From Candidatus Margulisiibacteriota bacterium (GTDB lineage Bacteria > Margulisbacteria > WOR-1 > O2-12-FULL-45-9), in contig JBDRHP010000049.1 of assembly GCA_043816785.1 (NCBI GenBank), positions 1 through 35,169 of the forward strand: a stretch of 35,169 bases of DNA. The letters are read 5' to 3'. The position numbers were made by a program, and so were the translations under genes. Positions 1 to 9,165 of the stretch are shown here, piece after piece. The notes under the pieces were generated by a model. That model was not told the DNA's origin. It saw only the letters and a list, made by a program, of their open reading frames with translations, and made no database searches. The first letter of the stretch is position 1. Each line of letters begins with the position of its first letter.

Positions 1-132
1 GTAATTGGCGGTTCGCTGGCTTATCCAGTTAATCCTTTTACCAAGGTTGTGGCGCATTTTAAAAAAGCTTACAATTCAGACACGCTGCAGGTTGAAGAGT
101 CGCAGTATTATGAGCTGAGGTTGAGTTTTTAG
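1..132 (+). CDS. 3' end of a partial ORF, possibly an outer-membrane beta-barrel protein
   Basis: Frame 1 is open from base 1 to TAG at 130-132: VIGGSLAYPVNPFTKVVAHFKKAYNSDTLQVEESQYYELRLSF. It ends in an alternating hydrophobic strand with terminal Phe. Confidence 0.5.
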   Translation, partial: VIGGSLAYPVNPFTKVVAHFKKAYNSDTLQVEESQYYELRLSF

Positions 133-668
133 GCTCTAAGAACTTTCAGCCCTTTTGATAGGTCAATAACTTTAGAAGGTTTGCCGCTTGTGACTCTGCC
201 AGAGAGAATATAATCTATTTCAGGCAACTGTTTATTGACCTCTTTTGCATTTAAAGCCGGCTTTTTGCCCGAACGATTAGCTGACGTTGCCACGATTGGG
301 CCGCATTTCTTGATCAAGGCCAAGGCAACTTGGTGATCAGGCATGCGCAAGCCAACTGTTGAGCCCCCTCCAGTGACTATTTTTGGAACTTTGCCTGTTT
401 TCTTCACCACCAGGGTAGGGCCGGGCCAGTTTTCTTGGGCAAATTTCAACGCTTCCATATTAAACTTCCCGAGTTTCTTAGCTTGTTGCATTGTTGCAAC
501 TAAAACCTGCAATGGTTTATTCTTGGGCCGATTTTTGATCTTGAAAATCTGTTTGATGGCTTGTGGTTGATCCAGAGCAGCCCCGATGCCAAAAACAGTT
601 TCCGTGGGGAAGGCAATTACGCCGCCGGATTTAAGGATTTTTAGAGCTTTTTCAAGGGTTTTACGCAT
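129..668 (-). CDS. tsaC: L-threonylcarbamoyladenylate synthase (TsaC/YrdC/Sua5 family)
   Basis: Motifs FPTETVFGIG, KxRPxNKPL, VGLRMPDH and TSANRSG. ATG at 668 overlaps the upstream TGA (TGATG). Confidence 0.93.
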   Translation of the reverse strand: MRKTLEKALKILKSGGVIAFPTETVFGIGAALDQPQAIKQIFKIKNRPKNKPLQVLVATMQQAKKLGKFNMEALKFAQENWPGPTLVVKKTGKVPKIVTGGGSTVGLRMPDHQVALALIKKCGPIVATSANRSGKKPALNAKEVNKQLPEIDYILSGRVTSGKPSKVIDLSKGLKVLRA

Positions 669-2083
669 CAATTAAATAGATTAAACATAAAGCGGGCTAG
701 TTTTTTTGAAAATGGGCCGGGTTGTTTATTGCTAAGATATTTATTTACGGCCTGCAGGTTTATCTGTGCCAGAGTAGGGTAGATATGAATTGCTTTGGAT
801 ATTTTTGATAACGAAAGTTTAGCGCTGGCAGCCAGGATCAGTTCAGGGATAATATTTCCAGCATCTGACCCAACACAAGTAGCGCCGATTATTTTGCCTT
901 TTCTGATCAGGAGTTTGAGAAAGCCGATCTCAGAATCGTCGCAAATCGCGCGATCAAGATCCTTAAAATCAAACCTTACGGTTTCAAATCTTATGCCTTT
1001 TTCTTTGGCAGTCTTTTCTGTGAGTCCTAAGGTTGCGACTTCTGGATCAGTAAAGACACAGAAGGGCAGGAGATCATAATTTGCTTTTTTCGGCCATCTG
1101 AAGACCATATTAGCCACGACAATTCCAGCCTGATAGGCGGCCGCATGAACAGATTGATAAGGGCCAATAGCATCACCACAGGCCCAAATGTTGGGTGAAG
1201 TGGTCCTCAAATGTTCATCAACAGTGATCCCTTTTTTGGAATATTTAACCCGGGCAAGTTTAAGATCAAGCGTGGCAATACTGGGGATCCTTCCTGCAGC
1301 GATCAAGATTTGATCGGCCATAACTTCCTTTTCTGTTCCCTGAAGACTGACCAGCGCAGCCTTTTTGCCTTCTTTGTTATAAAATTTCTTGATTTCACAG
1401 CCTAAGATCAAATCTATGCCTTCTTCGCTTAAAGCTTTTTCCATTATCGGGCCCAGCTCCGGGTCTTTTTCGGGAAGAAGGCGCTCAGATATTTCCAGGA
1501 CAGTAACCTTGCAGCCAAAACGCGCGTAGACCTGTGATATCTCCAGTCCGGTTGGGCCTCCACCAGCGATCAACAAGGACTCCGGCATTTTTTCCAGCGA
1601 GAAGAGCGTCTCGATCGTCAGGCATCCTGTTTCTTTCAGCCCTTCGATCGCAGGAATGGCAGTGCGCGATCCGGTGGCAACACAGAATTTTTTAGCAGTA
1701 AATTTTTCTCCATCAACATCAATGGTGTTCTGATCCGTAAAACTGGCGAAGCCTTGCAGCAGGGTAATGCCTTGTTTTTCAACTGATTCTTTTGATTTGT
1801 GTGCCCCGATAGTTTTATACACATTTTGCATATGATCCAGGACTTTTTTGAATTCAAGATGGGGTAATTGTACGTCCAGGCCGATAGACTGCGCCATTTT
1901 AATGCTTTTGGCAATGCCGGCAGCGTGAATAATGGCCTTAGTGGGTATTGACCAATTTTCACCCCCCAGCATTCCTTTTTCTGCTAAGCCAACTTTGAGA
2001 CCAAAAGAGGCTGCTTCTCTAGCGACAGTTAGGCCCCCAGCTCCGGCTCCCAAAACAATGACATCATAATTAAAATCCGGCAT
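668..2083 (-). CDS. Pyridine nucleotide-disulfide oxidoreductase (Lpd/MerA-like) lacking the redox-active cysteines
   Basis: GAGAGG FAD motif, ATGS, GGGPTGLE, WACGD, FTDPEVA and C-terminal HIYPTLAQ. The CxxxxC motif is replaced by GGENWSIPTK. Confidence 0.85.
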   Translation of the reverse strand: MPDFNYDVIVLGAGAGGLTVAREAASFGLKVGLAEKGMLGGENWSIPTKAIIHAAGIAKSIKMAQSIGLDVQLPHLEFKKVLDHMQNVYKTIGAHKSKESVEKQGITLLQGFASFTDQNTIDVDGEKFTAKKFCVATGSRTAIPAIEGLKETGCLTIETLFSLEKMPESLLIAGGGPTGLEISQVYARFGCKVTVLEISERLLPEKDPELGPIMEKALSEEGIDLILGCEIKKFYNKEGKKAALVSLQGTEKEVMADQILIAAGRIPSIATLDLKLARVKYSKKGITVDEHLRTTSPNIWACGDAIGPYQSVHAAAYQAGIVVANMVFRWPKKANYDLLPFCVFTDPEVATLGLTEKTAKEKGIRFETVRFDFKDLDRAICDDSEIGFLKLLIRKGKIIGATCVGSDAGNIIPELILAASAKLSLSKISKAIHIYPTLAQINLQAVNKYLSNKQPGPFSKKLARFMFNLFN

Positions 2084-2195
2084 ATTGCTATTATGATAGC
2101 ATAGAAAACCGGGATATGTTAACTGTGAATGAGGACGAAGTTATTGATTCTGCCAACCAGTTGGCTAAAAAAAACCGAGCCGCGGTTACTTGATT

Positions 2196-2723
2196 TTAAT
2201 CGCCCTCAAATTCTGTCTGGGCGTAGACGGAAAAACCAGCCTGTTCTAGTTTTTTTCTGCCTCCCAGGTCTGGCAGGTCAACAATAAAAGCCAGTTCAAC
2301 TATTTCCCCGTGCAGCTTCTTGACCAGTTTTGCCGCTGCAGTGGCTGTTCCGCCGGTGGCAATTAGATCGTCAACAATTAAAACCTTTTGTCCCTTTGCA
2401 ATGGCGTCCTTATGGATTTCCACCACATCTGTGCCGTATTCCAGGTCGTATTCTTCACTTTCGGTTTCTGCCGGCAGCTTACCCTTCTTTCTGACTGGGA
2501 CAAAGCCTTTGCCTAATAGATAGGCGATCGCCCCTCCCAGAATAAAACCGCGGGAATCGATCCCTACAACAATATCAATATCCTGGCCTTGATATTTTTT
2601 CACAAAATCATCAATACATATTTTAAGACCGACCGGATCCTTGAGCAGGGTGGTGATATCTCGAAACATGATCCCTTTTTTTGGCCAATGAGGCACGGTG
2701 CGTATCCTTGATTTTATCGGCAT
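2196..2723 (-). CDS. apt: Adenine phosphoribosyltransferase
   Basis: [25 protein letters not shown] and the PRPP-binding [10 protein letters not shown]. Confidence 0.96.
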   Translation of the reverse strand: MPIKSRIRTVPHWPKKGIMFRDITTLLKDPVGLKICIDDFVKKYQGQDIDIVVGIDSRGFILGGAIAYLLGKGFVPVRKKGKLPAETESEEYDLEYGTDVVEIHKDAIAKGQKVLIVDDLIATGGTATAAAKLVKKLHGEIVELAFIVDLPDLGGRKKLEQAGFSVYAQTEFEGD

Positions 2724-3457
2724 TAGATTCTCCTTATAGCTTCAATAATCAGTTGCTTTACTTTTTCAGCGTTTTCTTTCATGCGCTGCATTATCATTTC
2801 AAAAGTTACCGGCTCCTCGTCTGCTTTCCAGCAGTCATAATCAGTTGACATGGCAATGGTCTGATAGGGGATGCCCAGTTCATTGGCCAAAATAACTTCC
2901 GGACAAGTGGACATATTAATAATATCAGCGCCCCAGGCCCGAAACATATGGCTCTCTGCTTTGGTTGAGAACCTTGGTCCTTCAATGGTTATTACAGTAA
3001 CATCCTGGTTATATTCAAAACCTAGCTCCTGGCTGACCTGGCAGAGGATCTCAGTTAGTTTTTTATCATATGGTTCGCTCATAGGCGTGTGAACAACTTT
3101 TTCCATAAAAAAGGAAAGGTTCCTGTGGCGGGTAAAGTCAATAAACTGGGAAGGGAAAACCAGGTTGCCTGGTTTAATCTCTTCACGCAAGGAACCAACG
3201 GCTGTGGCCGCCAGGATATGAGTGCAGCCGGCTTCTTTTAAGGCAAAGATGTTGGCCAGAAAGTTGACTTTGGTAGGCATGATGCTGTGGTCTCTGCCGT
3301 GTCGGGCTAGGATTACAACGGGAACTCCGTGGATCTGGCCGCATTTTAAAGGGGAAGAAGGTTGGCCATACGGGTTTTTAACCTCTTTATCTTGGGCATT
3401 TTCCAGGATTTGCGGGTCGTCTAGGCCGGAGCCGCCGATAAGGCCAATTTTTCTCAT
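2723..3457 (-). CDS. mtnP: S-methyl-5'-thioadenosine phosphorylase
   Basis: [31 protein letters not shown] and TDYDCW motifs. Confidence 0.92.
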   Translation of the reverse strand: MRKIGLIGGSGLDDPQILENAQDKEVKNPYGQPSSPLKCGQIHGVPVVILARHGRDHSIMPTKVNFLANIFALKEAGCTHILAATAVGSLREEIKPGNLVFPSQFIDFTRHRNLSFFMEKVVHTPMSEPYDKKLTEILCQVSQELGFEYNQDVTVITIEGPRFSTKAESHMFRAWGADIINMSTCPEVILANELGIPYQTIAMSTDYDCWKADEEPVTFEMIMQRMKENAEKVKQLIIEAIRRI

Positions 3458-3463
3458 ATCAAA

Positions 3464-3493
3464 AGTATAACAACTGTTGAGTTAAGCTGTCAA
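3464..3493 (-). promoter_or_regulatory. sigma70-type promoter for mtnP-apt, likely leaderless
   Basis: Minus strand TTGACA-N18-TATACT with an extended TG; the ATG follows 6 nt after the -10 box. Confidence 0.7.
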
Positions 3494-3592
3494 TCCCATG
3501 ACCAGCGTGTGATATAAGAGTAAGCGTTACAGAGGTTTTCGAAACCATAAAGCGCAAATCAGAAAGTCTTTCCAAACTAGTCCTGCAAACTA

Positions 3593-4516
3593 TCAGATCG
3601 CTCTGACTTTAAATATCCGGTTATGGCCATTCAGGTCTTTTAGGATTTCTGAGATGCTAAAATTCTTATTGTTGGCGGTTAAAGATTTAACTTTTTCTCC
3701 TTGATCAAAGCCGATTTCTATGAGCAGCAGCCCTTTGGGGTTTAAGTGATCAGGAGCTTCGGCTATAAGCTTTTTGATATGATCCAAGCCATCTTTTCCG
3801 CCATCTAAAGCCTGTCTGGGCTCCCAGTCTTTGACATCTGAATCTAATTTATCAATATCGGCTGTCGGGATATAAGGTGGGTTGGAGACTATTAGATTGA
3901 ATGGCGACCTAAAGGTCGCCGCTACATCTGTTTTTTCATATGTAGCGGAGGTCTTTAGACCTCCATTCAATATCTCAAACATATCGCCTTCTACAAATTC
4001 ACAGCGATCGGAAACCTGGTGGCACTCTGCGTTATTTTGCGCGATCTTGATGGCGGCTAGAGATGAATCAATACCAATTACTCTAATGTTTGGTAGATAT
4101 TTTGCCAGGCTGATGGCGATGCAGCCGCTGCCTGTTCCTATATCAGCTATTAGAGGGTAGGGGTTAGGGATTAGGGTTGATTTTATTGTCTCGATAATTA
4201 TTTCGACTAATTGTTCAGTTTCCGGGCGGGGGATCAAGACCGATCGGTCAACGTAGAAATCAAGCGACATGAATTGTTTGTTGTTGGTTATATAAGCGAT
4301 TGGTTCGCGTTTGCCGCGCCGCTCAATTAAGCTCTTATATTTTGTGAGTTCGTCTTGGGTGAGGATCCTGGCGTGGTTAGTGTAAAGCTCGATCCTTTTT
4401 AAACCCAGGCAGTGGGCGAGCAGGATTTCCGCTTCCAGGTGCGGCCATGCAATGTTTAATTTATTAAAATGATCAGTGGTCCAGTCAAGCAGCCTGGTGA
4501 TGGTCCAAGTTTCCAT
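3593..4516 (-). CDS. prmC: Release factor glutamine methyltransferase, with two repeat-derived in-frame segments
   Basis: VLIPRPETE, DIGTGSG, SNPPY and ALDGG motifs; directly downstream of prfA. Confidence 0.95.
   Translation of the reverse strand: METWTITRLLDWTTDHFNKLNIAWPHLEAEILLAHCLGLKRIELYTNHARILTQDELTKYKSLIERRGKREPIAYITNNKQFMSLDFYVDRSVLIPRPETEQLVEIIIETIKSTLIPNPYPLIADIGTGSGCIAISLAKYLPNIRVIGIDSSLAAIKIAQNNAECHQVSDRCEFVEGDMFEILNGGLKTSATYEKTDVAATFRSPFNLIVSNPPYIPTADIDKLDSDVKDWEPRQALDGGKDGLDHIKKLIAEAPDHLNPKGLLLIEIGFDQGEKVKSLTANNKNFSISEILKDLNGHNRIFKVRAI
3896..3971. repeat. Inverted doublet of GTAG-type REP palindromes (REPIN-like) inside prmC
   Basis: Arm 3940-3971 is ATGTAGCGG-AGGTC-TTTA-GACCT-CCATTCAAT. 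The reverse complement of 3896-3927 is ATGTAGCGG-CGACC-TTTA-GGTCG-CCATTCAAT. The spacer is 12 nt. Confidence 0.9.
4149..4176. repeat. Degenerate heptanucleotide tandem repeat inside prmC
   Basis: ATTAGAG GGTAGGG GTTAGGG ATTAGGG on the + strand; it lies in the STLIPNPYPLI stretch of the protein. Confidence 0.6.
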
Positions 4517-5577
4517 TAGGTGATCTTTTCAAGCTTGGCAGTTCGGTCTGCGGCGACCAACGCCTCAATGATTTCTTCCAGATCACCGTCTAAGACAGCT
4601 TCTAAACGGTATATAGTAAAGCCGATGCGGTGGTCCGTGATCCGGCCCTGGGGAAAATTATAGGTCCTGATCTTTTCGGAGCGATCCCCTGTGCCAACCA
4701 ATATTTTTCGGCTCTGGGCACGCTCTTTTTGGGCTTTTTCTTCTGCCTGCTCCAAGATCTTAGTGCGCAGGAATTTCATGGCTTTTGTTTTGTTTTGCAG
4801 CTGTGAGCGTTCGTCCTGACAGGCGACCACGACCCCGGTAGGGAGGTGGGTAATTCTTACTGCGGAATCTGTTTTATTGACATGTTGTCCGCCAGCGCCG
4901 GAGGCGCGATAAGTATCGATCCTTAAGTCTTTTGGTTCGACCTTAATATCAACATCTTCAGCTTCCGGGAGCACTGCTACGGTAGCGGCTGAAGTGTGGA
5001 CCCTGCCGCCAGATTCTGTTGCCGGGACACGCTGGACCCGGTGGGTGCCGCTTTCGAATTTCAGGCGGCTGTAAGCGCCTTTGCCAATAATATTAAAAAC
5101 AACTTCCTTGTACCCGCCCAGACCAGTGGGATTTGAGCTCAGTGTTTCTGTTTTCCAGCCGTGTCTTTCAGCATAACGGAGGTACATGCGCAGCAGTTCT
5201 CCTGCGAACAGGGCAGCTTCTTCGCCGCCTGTGCCGGCCCGGATCTCAATGATGATGTTTTTTTCGTCAAAGGGGTCTTTGGGCAAAAGCAGGACCTCAA
5301 TGTCTTTGGCCAGCGCTTGTTTCCTGCTTGCTAGTTTTTCCAGCTCTGTTTTAGCCAGTTCCTTCATTTCTTCGTCCTGGCTAAGCGTTTTGGTGTCTGC
5401 GATCTCCTTGATAACGGTCTTATATTCCTGGGATTTTTCAAAAAGTTCTCTAAGGTCTCCTAGTTCTTTGGAGTAGGTCTGGAATTTTTCACGGTGGGAG
5501 ATGATCTCAGGCGTGCTCAGAAGTTTTTCCAGCTCATGATAGCGTTTTTCTACGTTTTGTAGTTTAGCTAAAAGCAT
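4516..5577 (-). CDS. prfA: Peptide chain release factor 1
   Basis: PAT (PxT) motif in [11 protein letters not shown] and GGQ motif in [13 protein letters not shown]. Confidence 0.98.
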   Translation of the reverse strand: MLLAKLQNVEKRYHELEKLLSTPEIISHREKFQTYSKELGDLRELFEKSQEYKTVIKEIADTKTLSQDEEMKELAKTELEKLASRKQALAKDIEVLLLPKDPFDEKNIIIEIRAGTGGEEAALFAGELLRMYLRYAERHGWKTETLSSNPTGLGGYKEVVFNIIGKGAYSRLKFESGTHRVQRVPATESGGRVHTSAATVAVLPEAEDVDIKVEPKDLRIDTYRASGAGGQHVNKTDSAVRITHLPTGVVVACQDERSQLQNKTKAMKFLRTKILEQAEEKAQKERAQSRKILVGTGDRSEKIRTYNFPQGRITDHRIGFTIYRLEAVLDGDLEEIIEALVAADRTAKLEKIT

Positions 5578-5598
5578 AAAAGAACCTTCTTAGTCGGG

Positions 5599-5847
5599 CT
5601 ACTTTTTTGTTTTCTTTTTCTTTTTAGCGGGTTTCTTTTTGGGGGGTTTAACGTCGGCGTATTTTTTCTTGAATTTCTGGACCCGGCCTTCAATATCCAT
5701 TAGCTTCTGTTTGCCGGTAAATAAGGGATGGCAGGCTGAGCAAATATCCACTCGCACGGTTTCCTTAGTCGAACCGATCTGGTGAACGGCGCCGCAGGCG
5801 CAAGTAGCCGTGGCCTCAAAATATTGTGGGTGGGTCTTTTCCTTCAT
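5599..5847 (-). CDS. rpmE: 50S ribosomal protein L31 (Zn-binding type) with Lys-rich tail
   Basis: MKEKTHPQY...CACG...CSACHPLFTGKQK...GRVQKF. Confidence 0.96.
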   Translation of the reverse strand: MKEKTHPQYFEATATCACGAVHQIGSTKETVRVDICSACHPLFTGKQKLMDIEGRVQKFKKKYADVKPPKKKPAKKKKKTKK

Positions 5848-5854
5848 AACAGAA

Positions 5855-6700
5855 TTATTTTAGCACAGGTTTGGGGATTTGTCCACGCCAGGCCAGGCTG
5901 ATTATCTCAATGTAAGCTTTGAGTTTTGCTGAATTAAAGATCATGAAGGGGAGGCTGAGGCTCAGGCACAGGCACAGGAGGAAGCGATAAGCATGAAATG
6001 CCAGCTCGCCGTAGTGTTTGCGGCAAAAATAGAGGCCGCCTTTAAAACCTTCTACAAAAAGCCTTTGGTTGAAGGCGCCGTGGCTGCTGTAGCCCCCGTA
6101 ATGAATGATCTCTGCCTCGGGAACAAAGTAGATCTTGTAACCTGCTTGGCGGATGGTCAGGCACCAGTCAAGATCATCGTTGTAGAAGAAGAGGTTTTCG
6201 TCCATGAGACCAACTTTGTCAATAACTTCACTTCTTACCACCAAGGCGGCGCCGATCACAAAATCAACGGTTAAGGGCTCTTTCGAGTGCCAGAATTTTT
6301 TGCCCAATATCCCGCCCTGGCGCTGCGGGGTTCCGTCAACGTTCAATAGTTTCGGGCCGCAGGCGCCGGCTTCGGGATTCTTATCCATAAACTCGACCAA
6401 CTTGTCTAGCGCGGACGCCTTAACCAGGGTATCATTATTTAAGAGCAGGGCGTAACGGGCCTGCTGGATCCTTAAGCCCTGGTTGTTGGCCTTGGCAAAA
6501 CCCAGATTGTCTTTATTCTCGATCAGTTTAACTTCTGGAAACTTGCTGGTTATCATGGCTGGAGAGCCATCAGTTGAGGCATTATCAACAACTATAACTT
6601 CAAAACATATTTTATGCGTGTCCTGGTAAACTGATGTCAGACATTCCTTAAGTAACTTTTTATTGTTGGCATTAACGATTATGATTGATAGATCTTTCAT
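5855..6700 (-). CDS. GT2 glycosyltransferase (WbbL/rhamnosyltransferase-like)
   Basis: MKDLSIIIVN, VDNASTDGS, NLGFAKANN and LLNND. Start placed at ATG 6700 because the longer ORF only translates the upstream palindrome. Confidence 0.85.
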   Translation of the reverse strand: MKDLSIIIVNANNKKLLKECLTSVYQDTHKICFEVIVVDNASTDGSPAMITSKFPEVKLIENKDNLGFAKANNQGLRIQQARYALLLNNDTLVKASALDKLVEFMDKNPEAGACGPKLLNVDGTPQRQGGILGKKFWHSKEPLTVDFVIGAALVVRSEVIDKVGLMDENLFFYNDDLDWCLTIRQAGYKIYFVPEAEIIHYGGYSSHGAFNQRLFVEGFKGGLYFCRKHYGELAFHAYRFLLCLCLSLSLPFMIFNSAKLKAYIEIISLAWRGQIPKPVLK

Positions 6701-6716
6701 TTTTTTGCCCTCACCC

Positions 6717-6736
6717 CCTGCCTGCCGGCAGGCAGG
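6717..6736. repeat. 20-bp perfect palindrome CCTGCCTGCCGGCAGGCAGG, intergenic copy
   Basis: Read directly; an identical copy lies at 35088-35107. Confidence 0.92.
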
Positions 6737-6748
6737 CATTCGAGTTCA

Positions 6749-8146
6749 TCAGGGAAGGATCCCTCCCTTGTATCCCAGGCAGTGATAAATCTCGGTCTTC
6801 TGAGGGATATCCGCGTCTTTGGTAAAAAGCCTTTTTTCCTGCTCGGTCTTAACTTCCGAGAAAAGAGGCAATAATTTGCGATAAACCTCTTTTTCATTGA
6901 GAACGAAGTAAATCATATTGTCGCCTCGTTTAATTTGTGGCTCTCCCCAGATATCAAATTGCCTCAATCTGCCGGGAGCCATGTGGACGTTCACTTTACC
7001 GTGAAAAGCAACCAGGCCAGCAACCCCCAGGTTGTTGGCCAGATAGAATGTTTGTCCTTTTTTGGACGTTGATTCCGCTAGAAATTGCGGCAGGGTTTTA
7101 TTGATGGAGAATTCCTGGCTCTTTAAAGACGGCGGAGTCGGATAAATGAAGAGATAGTAGCTGATGGCCAGAAAATTGATCAACACAACAAAAAATAATG
7201 TTAGCCCTGCCAGCCATTTGAGTTTTTTCCCTGCAAGCTGTCCTAAAAACAGGATGGCCGGGATATAAGCCGCAGCTGGCCAGTGCCCGCCCACTAGCAT
7301 CAGGGGACTTATGAGCAAAAATGGCAGGAAGACCATTAAAGAAAGACAACCCAAAAAAGTGATTTTATCATCGAATTTTCTTAAGCGGAAAATTAAGTAG
7401 ATGACCAACAGCAAGAGTATTGGGGTATAGAGGACCATTTCCAGAGAGACAAAGGTGAGAAAGTTTTGCAAATAGTTTGGCGTGCCGCCCATCTTGCCTG
7501 ACCAGTAGAATAGGGGGGTAAAACCCTGTTTCAGGTTCCAAATGATCACCGGAGAGAACGCCAAGCAGGCCAGCAAGGCGCCAAGATAAGGAGCGGCTTT
7601 TTGCCACCAGAATCTGAGATTTTTATTCAAGAGCAGATAAAGACCAACAGCTGGAAAGAATAACAGCATAACATAATCGCTTAACAGCCCCAGTCCAACA
7701 GTTAAGCCGAGCAGATACCAGTATTTGGCCTGATTAGTCTTAATAAGTTTAACAAAAAGAAAGATACTTAATGTCCAGAAAAGCAGAAAAGGCTGTTGCG
7801 GGACCAGGAAAATGCCGCCGCCAAAAAAGGTCGGAGTTAGATTGAAAATTATGGCTGAAATGAGACCAGCTTTTTCCCCGAACAATTCTTTACCGATCTT
7901 ATAGACAAGAAAAGTGATCAGGGTAACCAGGATAATCGCGCCCAACCTTATGGCAAGCTCAGTATTGCCAAAGATCAGGGTAAGCCCTTTGATGTAGTAG
8001 GCGATCATCGGCGGGTGGTCAACATAACTCAGGTCAAGATGTTGCGACCATAACCAGTAAAAAGCCTCGTCGCCAATTAGCGGAAAATATCTGCCAACAA
8101 TTAACCGGAAGAGGGTCGTGATAACTAAAAAGACTGCCAAAATCAT
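6749..8146 (-). CDS. GT-C membrane glycosyltransferase (ArnT/PMT_2 family)
   Basis: DEAFYWLWS, YVDHPPM, FGNTELAIRL and many hydrophobic segments. Confidence 0.85.
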   Translation of the reverse strand: MILAVFLVITTLFRLIVGRYFPLIGDEAFYWLWSQHLDLSYVDHPPMIAYYIKGLTLIFGNTELAIRLGAIILVTLITFLVYKIGKELFGEKAGLISAIIFNLTPTFFGGGIFLVPQQPFLLFWTLSIFLFVKLIKTNQAKYWYLLGLTVGLGLLSDYVMLLFFPAVGLYLLLNKNLRFWWQKAAPYLGALLACLAFSPVIIWNLKQGFTPLFYWSGKMGGTPNYLQNFLTFVSLEMVLYTPILLLLVIYLIFRLRKFDDKITFLGCLSLMVFLPFLLISPLMLVGGHWPAAAYIPAILFLGQLAGKKLKWLAGLTLFFVVLINFLAISYYLFIYPTPPSLKSQEFSINKTLPQFLAESTSKKGQTFYLANNLGVAGLVAFHGKVNVHMAPGRLRQFDIWGEPQIKRGDNMIYFVLNEKEVYRKLLPLFSEVKTEQEKRLFTKDADIPQKTEIYHCLGYKGGILP

Positions 8147-8166
8147 GTTACAATTATAACATATTT

Positions 8167-9165
8167 ATGAGGGTGCTAATTGTTAAACTTGGCGCGATTG
8201 GCGACGTTATCCGCACAACTTCGCTACTCAAAGGATTACGGGAAAAGTATCCGGAAGCAGCGATCGATTGGCTAACGGCAAAAACCGCTTCCGAGGTGCT
8301 CACTAGCAATCCTTTTATCGACAGATCCTACATTTGGGAAGAGAGAGGCGAGCTGGGCTCTTATGATCTGGTAATCGGGCTGGAAGATGATTTTGAGGCT
8401 TGCCAGCTTGTTTCCAGGATTAATTCTGGAAAAATTCTAGGGGCTTTTGTTCAGGGCGGGGAAATAGCCTATACGCCTTCTGCCTGGTTTGATATGTCAG
8501 CAATCTCAAAATTTGGCCTTGAAGCTGCCAACGAGCTGAAGCAGCAGAACCGCAAAACATTTCAACAGCATATGGCTGAACTTCTGGCAATAAATGTTGG
8601 CCCATATGTTTTTGGCTTGACTCCGGAAGAGATTGAGTATGGAGCCAGGTTTCTTAAGGACTTGGGAATTGGTAAAAAAGAAAAAGTGGTTGGGATAAAT
8701 ACCGGGGCAGGGGAAAGATGGCAGCTCAAAGCCTTGAGTATTGAGAAAACGATTGAATTAGTGAAACTGATTGAGAAAAAACTTGGCATGGTTTCTATTA
8801 TTATGGGGGGTATTAGGGAAGCAGAAAGAAATAAAGTTATTGTTAAAGAAACCGGCATGCCTAATGGCGGGCTGCATAGCTTGAGAAACTTCGCCGCGGT
8901 CATCAACCAAACGCAGCTGCTGGTAAGCTCAGATAGTCTGGCGATGCATTTTGGCATTGCCCTGGGTAAGAAACTGGTCGTCTTTTTCGGGCCAACGTCG
9001 CCGGCTGAAATAGAATTGTATGGGCTGGGGGCTAAAGTGTTTTCTGATCTGGATTGTCTAGTTTGTTATAAAAAACAATGTGATTTTAAGCTGAATTGCC
9101 TCGACCAACTATCTGTTGACCAATTATTCAGGGCAGTAAAAAGAACTTTGTGTGATTTTGGCTAG
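8167..9165 (+). CDS. GT9 family (LPS heptosyltransferase-like)
   Basis: KLGAIGDVIRT, SSDSLAMH, FFGPT and C-terminal Cys cluster CLVCYKKQC. Confidence 0.88.
   Translation: MRVLIVKLGAIGDVIRTTSLLKGLREKYPEAAIDWLTAKTASEVLTSNPFIDRSYIWEERGELGSYDLVIGLEDDFEACQLVSRINSGKILGAFVQGGEIAYTPSAWFDMSAISKFGLEAANELKQQNRKTFQQHMAELLAINVGPYVFGLTPEEIEYGARFLKDLGIGKKEKVVGINTGAGERWQLKALSIEKTIELVKLIEKKLGMVSIIMGGIREAERNKVIVKETGMPNGGLHSLRNFAAVINQTQLLVSSDSLAMHFGIALGKKLVVFFGPTSPAEIELYGLGAKVFSDLDCLVCYKKQCDFKLNCLDQLSVDQLFRAVKRTLCDFG

Noticed and set aside
408..428. TsaC reads WPGPTLVV instead of the usual WPGPLTLV
   Set aside because: This is a single in-frame residue loss with the other motifs intact; no evidence of pseudogenisation.
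668..2083. Annotation as merA or lpdA
   Set aside because: There is no redox CxxxxC, no C-terminal Cys pair, no metal-binding domain and no mer or pdh gene context.
3522..3556. Weak hairpin in the prmC-mtnP gap as a possible riboswitch or ncRNA
   Set aside because: The stem is imperfect and no SAM, purine or other aptamer consensus is recognisable.
6701..6739. N-terminal extension MPACRQAGGEGKK on the GT2, and a GGGGTGAGG match to the 25116-25139 repeat
   Set aside because: The extension is just the translated palindrome, and GGTGAGG is adequately explained as the SD for ATG 6700.
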